Shown one piece after another: positions 57,006-64,000 of a stretch of 64,000 nucleotides of DNA. The position numbers and the translations under genes were made by a program. This DNA is from Verrucomicrobiota bacterium (GTDB lineage Bacteria; Verrucomicrobiota; Verrucomicrobiia; Limisphaerales; AAA164-E04). The notes under the pieces are model-generated. The model worked only from the letters and a program-made list of their open reading frames with translations, searched no databases and was not told the origin of the DNA. Position 1 is the stretch's first letter; every line of letters starts with the position of its first letter. The stretch lies in NCBI GenBank assembly GCA_047947115.1, contig CP170459.1, positions 2,176,001 through 2,240,000 on the forward strand. The letters run 5' to 3'.

Positions 57006-58303
57006 ATGAAACCTTTTCGCTCGAGCCGATTCCTTTTCTGTTCGCTGTTTCGCTTTCAAACATTCGCATGTTTGGGCTTGTGTTTCCTTTTGGGGAAGGC
57101 TCATGCGGAAACCTTTGCTTCAGACGGTGCCTGGTGCTGGTTTCAGGATCCGCGAGCGGTGTATGTCAAAGACGCTTTGAACGAACCTATGCCAGTTGGA
57201 TGCAAAGCGACGGTACACTCTTGGTCGGATGGATGGATCATTCCAGTCACAAGGTTCATTCCAATGTCATCAAGGAAAAATGGGACGTCGATGATCACAA
57301 CACAGGTTCCTTGCTGGTGCTGCCCGATCATCGGTTGATGTTGTTTTATGCGCGCCATAATAAACAGGGACTGTTGGCTCGTATCAGTTCAGAACCCGAA
57401 TCCATCGACGCATGGGGGCCGGAGATCACCGTGGCTGATACGCCACGCATCACCTACAGCCATCCGGTTTACCTGTCCGACGAGAAAAAGTTCTACGTCT
57501 TCTGGCGAGGTGAAACTTGGAAACCCACCTTTGCAACATCCACCGATGGAATTCATTGGTCCAAGCCACGCGTCTTGCTCCAGCAACAAGGCCGCGAAGC
57601 TCGGGATATTCGTCCTTATCTGAAAGTGGGGAATGATGGGAAATCGATCATTCACTTTGCATTCACCGACGGCCACCCGAGAAACGAACCGACCAACTCG
57701 GTCTATTACATGCAGTATTCCAAGGGAAAACTGCGGCGGGTCGATGGCTCGGTGATTGCTTCCATGGAATCCATAGAAGCCGTGTCGCATCTGGATTGTG
57801 ATCTCTTATATGACGCCCGCCCCACCGGAGCCCGAGCCTGGGTATGGGATGTCGCACAGGATGCCGATGGGCATCCGGTCGTTTTATACACGCGTCACCC
57901 CGAAGAAACGGATCACCGCTACCATTGGGCTCGCTGGACCGGGCAGAAATGGCAAGACGTCGAATTGTGTCAGGCCGGCAAGTGGTTCCCTGAAACGCCT
58001 CAGGGAGTTGTGGAACCAGAACCCCACTACTCAGGAGGCATGAGCTTGAACCAAGGAAATCCTTTTCAGCTTTGCGGAGCTCGCCAAGTGAACGGGATTT
58101 TTGAAATCGTTTCCTGGAACAGTTTTGATGAAGGTAAGAGTTGGGTGGAACGATCGATTACGAAAAATACCCACCAACTCAACGTGCGTCCGGTGATTCC
58201 TGTTGGGGTCCGGGAGGGCAATGCGCACGTGCTTTTCATGTCAGGTGCATACCGGCACTATACCGATTACCATACTTCCATACAGTGGAGGCCGTTACCT
58301 TGA
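57006..58303 (+). pseudogene. BNR_4 repeat secreted protein, split by a frameshift near 57170
   Basis: Signal peptide and DGAWCWFQDPRAV lie in one frame. RTYASW..DDHN..YARH..RPYLK..TDGHP..HYSGG lie in the -1 frame. Confidence 0.8.
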
Positions 58304-58348
58304 GCGGTTCACGAGGGACTCGTCCTGAATCGAAAGTGTAACATCCTG

Positions 58349-58846
58349 GTGCGGTCAAAAGCATTTGGACTCAGGATGCACCGCACATCAGATAAACCGG
58401 AATCGTACGAACACGCATTTCGCGGAAATCGGCGAAGAGTTCGAAGTGACAAAGGTAAACGTCTGAGCAGAAAGCGAAGCGAACTTGTTGAGCGAACATT
58501 TGCTCATGTATGTGAAACAGGAGCAGGACGTCGAACGTGCTCCAAAGATTGGAAAATGTCACCAAGATTCACGCACTGAAATGCGCAGCATTCAACCGCG
58601 GGTTGCTGATGCGGGAAATCTTTGGCCTCGCCAAGCCAAGAAACTGGGAAGCGAGGCTCGTTACCGGTTTGGCGGCTGCTTTTTTCATGATTTTTGGCGA
58701 ATGGATGACTCAGGGGGTGGTAAGAATGGCTCCCTCCGTCCTTTTATTGATTTCCACCATTTTATTATGCGGCTTGATGAAATCGAAACGGGACGAGACT
58801 CGGATCATTCGGTTTTTCAAAATTGGCACTTATTAAACGGGCTGAT
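58349..58846 (+). mobile_element. IS1182-family transposase remnant (C-terminal fragment, frameshifted)
   Basis: NRRRVRSDKGKRLSRKRSELVERTFAHVCETG.GRR...LENVTK...AAFN.GLLMR..FG..KPR. End-like sequence ACTTATTAAACGGGCTG at 58828-58844. Confidence 0.75.
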
Positions 58847-58975
58847 AAGATGAATCGAATCTGGTTGCTGAAGGTGGGGGGCATGACGCCGGCAGGCCTC
58901 CAATACCTATCCGTTCAAAAGTTATCATGGCTAGGCAAGTTGGCGGATATTTATCTAAAATAACATGGATATATG

Positions 58976-59005
58976 TTGACAAATAACAGTTTTTTGAATA
59001 ACTGT
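58976..59005 (+). promoter_or_regulatory. TTGACA -35 element with adjacent inverted repeat
   Basis: TTGACA at 58976 and ACAGTT-N8-AACTGT at 58986-59005, in AT-rich DNA upstream of the haloperoxidase. Confidence 0.35.
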
Positions 59006-59294
59006 AATTCATTCACCTTAAAAGGAGAGTGGTTTTGAATTCTATCAAGCAAGTGTGATTGGGGAAACATGTGCCCTATGAGCTTTGTAATCAATGCTGG
59101 CAAGTGAATGCTATTTCATTCTGTCCGTTTTGATGACCTTATATTTCCATATCTATCATTGACGAACAGCGCTTAGTTAAACTTGCGTACGTTGTGTTAC
59201 GTGGGATGGCATGTGTGTCATTGTTTTATTCGGCACAGGTGGTTTTGATTCGGTTGCTTGGCGGAAATACACTAAAAAAAGTATTATAAAAGAT

Positions 59295-60776
59295 ATGAAG
59301 AAGGTTCTGAAAAATATTCAAATGAAGACTGTTTTGATAATTGGTATCGGTTGCCTTTTATTACAACCGCTCAAGGCTGCTGATTTTGATATGACAACAG
59401 GCTCCGCTCCTAAAGAAGTGGTGATCCCCCAGCTGATTCCGGTCATTTTTTCAACAGTTAATCCAAACGATGCGACCTTGGTGCTGAGAACGACTACGAT
59501 TGTTATCAATTCCTGGTTTGATGCGATTGCACCTTATGGGGAGCATAATGTGGGCGTTTACAGTCGTCTTGGCAGGCGTCCCGCAACCGAAAGAACAGAC
59601 GAAAATCGTAATATTGCCATTTTGTATGCATCTCATGAAGTGTTGAACAGTCTTTATCCCACTCATGCCACTCTCTGGGATAATATGCTAGGAACTGTAG
59701 GATTGGATCCCGACAACGATTCAGTGGATCTGGATACTGCGATCGGTATCGGGAATGCTGCAGGTAAAGCCGTCAGGGCCATTCGCGAGAATGATGGGAT
59801 GAACCAGTTGGGTAATGAGCCGTTTCCTGGCGAAGATGGGCCACGCGTTTACAATCTTCAACCCTTTGCTGATTACACTGCTTTTGAGCCGGTCAATACT
59901 GCCTACGCATTACGCTTTCCATCCAAATGGCAGCCGGCAATCAATTCAAACGGCAATGGCATCTTCAAGGTCCAACAGTTTGTGACGCCACAATTTGCGC
60001 TGACATTACCTCACAGTTATAAGAATTCCACTCCGTTCCGGGCTCCCAATCCTGTGGATAGCAATGTGTTCAGGTTCAAGTCCTACAAGGCCCAGGCGGA
60101 TGAAGTGCTTGTAGCTTCCGCAAACTTGACTGATGAGCAAAAAATGCTGGCTGAATTGTTTGATAACAAAATCAACAGTCTGGGTTTTTCCGCGTTATTC
60201 AAATCCACTGTTTCCGGACTTTCACTCGAAGAATTTGTTGTTTACGACTTTTTGACCAATCTGGCTGCATTCGATACGGGTATTGTGATTTGGAAAGAAA
60301 AACGGCGGCATAACTCTGTTCGACCATTCAGTGCTATTCGTTTTTTATACAGCGACCAGGAATTGACCGCATGGGGAGGTCCATATCAGGGAACTGTGGA
60401 TAACATTACCGGCAACGAATGGCAAAGTTATCTGCCCGTGGCTGATCACCCAGAGTATCCCTCCGCTTCGGCTTCCTTCTGTGCCGCTCATGCAGCGAGT
60501 AGTCGGTTGTTTTTTGGCACCGATGAACTGGGGTGGTCATTTCCAGTTGGGCAGGGGACTTCCACCATTGAACCGGGATTCACTCCACAAAGCGATTTGT
60601 TGATCAGCTTTGCGACATGGACTGAGTTTGAATCCACTTGTGGGATGACGCGGTTTTGGGGAGGAGTGCATTTCAAACCTTCCATACCTGCCGGTCAGAA
60701 GATCGGGCGTGAAATTGGCGAACTTGCTTACGATTTTGTGATGGATCATGTTCTAGGCACAGCTCCTGAGCTTTGA
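59295..60776 (+). CDS. Secreted vanadium-dependent haloperoxidase (DUF6851/NapH1-like)
   Basis: Signal peptide (start 59295 or 59322), WKEKRRHNSVRP, HPEYPSAS, RFWGGVHF. Confidence 0.85.
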   Translation: MKKVLKNIQMKTVLIIGIGCLLLQPLKAADFDMTTGSAPKEVVIPQLIPVIFSTVNPNDATLVLRTTTIVINSWFDAIAPYGEHNVGVYSRLGRRPATERTDENRNIAILYASHEVLNSLYPTHATLWDNMLGTVGLDPDNDSVDLDTAIGIGNAAGKAVRAIRENDGMNQLGNEPFPGEDGPRVYNLQPFADYTAFEPVNTAYALRFPSKWQPAINSNGNGIFKVQQFVTPQFALTLPHSYKNSTPFRAPNPVDSNVFRFKSYKAQADEVLVASANLTDEQKMLAELFDNKINSLGFSALFKSTVSGLSLEEFVVYDFLTNLAAFDTGIVIWKEKRRHNSVRPFSAIRFLYSDQELTAWGGPYQGTVDNITGNEWQSYLPVADHPEYPSASASFCAAHAASSRLFFGTDELGWSFPVGQGTSTIEPGFTPQSDLLISFATWTEFESTCGMTRFWGGVHFKPSIPAGQKIGREIGELAYDFVMDHVLGTAPEL

Positions 60777-60786
60777 TTCATCAGAT

Positions 60787-60829
60787 CATGAAATTCCGGC
60801 GGGTGTTCGCTACTCGCCGGATTTTCATG
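60787..60829. terminator. Long hairpin between convergent genes
   Basis: CATGAAATTCCGGCGGGT...ACTCGCCGGATTTTCATG. Confidence 0.75.
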
Positions 60830-60892
60830 GCGGTTCGAAAGGTGTAAGCTACGGCAGTCTCGGTTAATTGCGTGATGAACCCTGTTACCATT

Positions 60893-62290
60893 TCATTTGC
60901 AAAGTTGCCGAATGATGGGATGGGATGTCACCATATTCAGTGAACGAGTGACTGCACCCAGGTTTTGATCCACCACTTTCCTGGCTCTACGCCCCAATTC
61001 CACTCGTAGACTTTGTTTTTCCAGTAAGTCATTCAGAGTATTGTTGAGCGCTTCTTTATTTGAGACCTGGATGGCTGCTTCATGTTCCAGGAAGGTGCGG
61101 GTGATGGCGCGGAAATTTTGCATGTTGGGGCCCATGATCATGGGCTTGCCGGCTGCGGCGGCTTCAATGGGGCTTTGGCCGCCCCTGGCACAGAGACTTT
61201 TGCCGATGAAGACGAGGTCTGCTTCTGCGGTGATGCTGGCCAGTTCACCGGTGGAGTTGACGATCAGGCAGCGGGGATGGGTGCTTGATGGGAATGCCCG
61301 CTGTTCTTTCCATTCGGATCGGTAGTCGACGTGTATGCCCAGTTTTTCAAGATCCTTTCCCGCTTCACGTGCGCGTTCGAAGTGTCGTGGTACGATGACG
61401 AGTCGAAGCTGGGGGTAGCGCTCGATCAGTTTGATGTAAATCTCGCCCAATACGGCTTCTTCTCCCGGGTGGGTGCTGCTGCCCAACAAAACGGTGTGTG
61501 TTGATTCGATGCCTGTGTCTGCAAAAAGTTGAGGCACGTTGAGTGTGGGCTTTTGGTTGCTGGACAGGGCCGCATCAAACTTCATGTTGCCGGTGACCTG
61601 GATTCTGTCCGGTGAACATCCCAGTTTCCTGAGCCTTTCCGCATCGGATGCGTTTTGGGTGCCGACTCGTGCAAAGGACTGGAAGAGGGGGCGGAACAGA
61701 AATCCGAATTGACTGTAGCGGGCAAAGGATTTTTCAGATATGCGGGCATTGATCAGGAACACGGGGATGTTGCGTGCGGCCGCTTCCCAAAGAAAGTTGG
61801 GCCATACTTCCGCTTCGGAAAGGATGATGGCTTTAGGTCTTATGGTATCCATAGCCTGTCGCACCCAGGGACGTCGGTCGATGGGGTAAAAGCAGGTTTG
61901 GACCTCAGGTGGCAATTTTTTTTGCCATTCTCCCATTCCTGTTGTGGTGGTGGCGGAACCGATGATGTCGGCGTCTTTGAGTTGTTCCCTCATGCGTCGA
62001 ATCAGTTCCAGTGTCAGGTGCACTTCTCCCACGCTGACGGCGTGCACCCAGATGCGTTTGCCGTCCCGGCATGATTCGATGAAGGAAGGTGTGTATCTTC
62101 CAAACCGTTGACCGACCCGATCCCGCCATCCTCCCCGGCGGCTCATTCTCCTGTAATAATAGGGAAAGGAAATCAGCAGCCCGAGGTTGAACAAAGTCCG
62201 GTAGATCCATTGAACCAGTCCTGCGCTGACAGGAGCTGCCCCGGGTTCGGATCCGGTTGAGACCGGACCGGATGGATCAGAGGATGCCAT
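60893..62290 (-). CDS. waaA: Kdo transferase
   Basis: WVHAVSVGE, EAEVWPN, NARIS, TGNMKFD, STHPGEE, VPRHFER, GGQSPIE. Confidence 0.95.
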   Translation of the reverse strand: MASSDPSGPVSTGSEPGAAPVSAGLVQWIYRTLFNLGLLISFPYYYRRMSRRGGWRDRVGQRFGRYTPSFIESCRDGKRIWVHAVSVGEVHLTLELIRRMREQLKDADIIGSATTTTGMGEWQKKLPPEVQTCFYPIDRRPWVRQAMDTIRPKAIILSEAEVWPNFLWEAAARNIPVFLINARISEKSFARYSQFGFLFRPLFQSFARVGTQNASDAERLRKLGCSPDRIQVTGNMKFDAALSSNQKPTLNVPQLFADTGIESTHTVLLGSSTHPGEEAVLGEIYIKLIERYPQLRLVIVPRHFERAREAGKDLEKLGIHVDYRSEWKEQRAFPSSTHPRCLIVNSTGELASITAEADLVFIGKSLCARGGQSPIEAAAAGKPMIMGPNMQNFRAITRTFLEHEAAIQVSNKEALNNTLNDLLEKQSLRVELGRRARKVVDQNLGAVTRSLNMVTSHPIIRQLCK

Positions 62291-62340
62291 GATTGTGAGT
62301 CTAGTGCGGTTCGATGGTTGGTATCGACCGTCGGACTTAT

Positions 62341-63654
62341 TTACCGGAAAAAGATGAACCACACAATCAAAACGGTCGGGACCATGTAGGGGATGGTGAA
62401 TTTGAACACATATCCCAGAAAACTCGGTGCATGCACTTTCTGCTGGTCGGCGATGGATTTGACCATGAAGTTGGGCCCGTTGCCAATGTAGGTGTTCGCG
62501 CCGAAAAAGACCGCCGCCACACTGATGGCCACGACGTAGGGCATGATCTCCGGTGTGTCAATCAGATGGTGAATCTGCGCATGTTCCGTCAACGCCGACG
62601 GGTCAATGCCCATGGCTTGCGCCGTGGCAAACTTACCAATGATGGCACTCAGAAAGCTCAGGTAGGTCGGCGCGTTGTCCAATACACCGGACAGTAGACC
62701 GGTTCCCCAATAGAAAATACTTGGAGAAGTGTGCTCCATGGCGCTTGCGTTGGCCTGAAGCCAATCGAGCGCGGGCATCATGGTCGAGAAGATGCCGACG
62801 AACAGAATGGCCACTTCCTGAATGGGATGGAAATTGAAATGATTCGACTCATGGATGGATTTCTTGGTGAGGAAATACGAACCCAAGGCGGCTCCAACCA
62901 TCAAGGCTTCACGTAAAAACAGTGGCTTCGGTATGAAGACGGCTCCAAGAATGATTCCCAGAAATACCAGATTGATCAAACCATCAAAACGCCACTGGTC
63001 GGGTGGTTCGGCGATTTCTTCACGGACTTCTTTGGGCGCTTTACGATAGTTGATTAAATCCACCACGTAGAACATGGCCAGCAAAGTGCCAATTCCAACC
63101 AACCACATAGGCCAGCAATGTTCCAATACCCACCAGAAGGGGATTCCTTTCAAGAAGCCCAGAAACAGCGGAGGATCCCCGATGGGGGTCAAACAACCGC
63201 CTACGTTGGATACAATGAAGATGAAAAAGACAATATGATGCGCTGTGATGCGGTATTTGTTCATCCGTATCCAGGGGCGTATCAATAGCATGGAGGCTCC
63301 TGTGGTTCCCAGCACATTGGCGATCACAGCTCCAAACAGGAGAAACAGGACGTTGTTGTGCGGTGTCGCTTCCCCTTTGACATTGATATGAATCCCGCCT
63401 GACACGACGTACAGCGATCCAACCAAGGCGATGAACTGCACGTACTCAATGGCTGTGTGCGCGATTCTCTCCGTGGCATGTAATCCAAAGAAATAATAAA
63501 CCAAGGTAATCGACCCCAGCACGTATGCCAACTTGGGATAATGTTTCTCCCACCAATGCAGAAAGAACAACGGCCCCAGGGCAATTGTTGCAAGCAACAG
63601 CCCAAACGGCAGCATCATCCAAGGATTCGGTATTATGGCTTCGCCATGTCCCAT
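62341..63654 (-). CDS. Putative sodium:proton antiporter (DUF1646 family)
   Basis: GTTGASMLLIRP, SNVGGCLTPIGDPPLFLGF, LDNAPTY, TYIGNGPNFMVK. Confidence 0.88.
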   Translation of the reverse strand: MGHGEAIIPNPWMMLPFGLLLATIALGPLFFLHWWEKHYPKLAYVLGSITLVYYFFGLHATERIAHTAIEYVQFIALVGSLYVVSGGIHINVKGEATPHNNVLFLLFGAVIANVLGTTGASMLLIRPWIRMNKYRITAHHIVFFIFIVSNVGGCLTPIGDPPLFLGFLKGIPFWWVLEHCWPMWLVGIGTLLAMFYVVDLINYRKAPKEVREEIAEPPDQWRFDGLINLVFLGIILGAVFIPKPLFLREALMVGAALGSYFLTKKSIHESNHFNFHPIQEVAILFVGIFSTMMPALDWLQANASAMEHTSPSIFYWGTGLLSGVLDNAPTYLSFLSAIIGKFATAQAMGIDPSALTEHAQIHHLIDTPEIMPYVVAISVAAVFFGANTYIGNGPNFMVKSIADQQKVHAPSFLGYVFKFTIPYMVPTVLIVWFIFFR

Positions 63655-63891
63655 AAGCGCGCAATAGTTACTATCCCTTTCTTGGTCAGGTCAAATGCTT
63701 TTGGCCTTTTTTTGCCGAATCGGTGGTTTGTTCAGGCGGTTTGCGGTCTGTTTCATGGTGTTCAGGCCTTGTGATTTGTCTTTGTTCATCACGAAGTCAA
63801 GAAGTGCACAAAGTTTGCAATTGGTTTTGTTGTAGGTGGTTAGTTTGTGTGTGCGTTGCGCGGGTGCTGCCTGGGAATTGAGTTGTTTAGA

Positions 63892-63999
63892 TTAAAGGTT
63901 GGCCGGTTTTGTTCCGAGGAGTAGGGATTCAATGGTTTCGTAGTCTTTCACGACAAAATCGGCCTGATTGAGGCTGTTTGCGTCCAGACTGTTGGTAAT
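63892..63999 (-). CDS. 3' end of a probable HAD-family hydrolase, truncated by the window edge
   Basis: Translates as ITNSLDANSLNQADFVVKDYETIESLLLGTKPANL*, resembling HAD phosphatase C-termini. Confidence 0.55.
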   Translation of the reverse strand: MTNSLDANSLNQADFVVKDYETIESLLLGTKPANL

Positions 64000-64000
64000 G

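Noticed and set aside
1..64000. CRISPR array, tRNA or rRNA genes
   Set aside because: I saw no regularly spaced 25-45 bp repeats, cloverleaf/T-loop signatures or rRNA-like tracts. This was by eye only, without a covariance search.

Overview
Ordinary chromosomal segment of a PVC-superphylum bacterium, most likely Verrucomicrobiota (inferred from the DUF1501 + PSD1/planctomycete cytochrome c pair, two sulfatases, an H-X9-DG prepilin-like protein, DUF5069, and EF-P with a PGNL loop). It has about 54 coding regions. Housekeeping genes (efp, gatC, gatA, tsf, rpsB, nadD, rsfS, purF, waaA, comEC, cstA) are interspersed with secreted or accessory genes. I saw no rRNA, tRNA or CRISPR array. Most notable: (1) a compact exbB-exbD-TonB-like-Zn-ribbon operon upstream of vanZ-comEC, whose ExbD lacks the canonical proton-conducting Asp; (2) a sensor kinase and an EF-hand gene that are divergent and both cut off at one TGATCA junction near 51173; (3) a 211-bp MITE-like element with a CTAAG target duplication; (4) a 993-aa secreted Cys-rich repeat protein and a temptin-like CxxCH-CHRD protein that share a 'W..v...F(F/Y)R' module; (5) a NapH1-type vanadium haloperoxidase next to an IS1182 remnant; (6) three single-base -1 frameshifts, which may be sequencing errors. 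Start codons were trimmed by eye where the ORF track over-extends. All family calls come from motif recognition, not from database searches.
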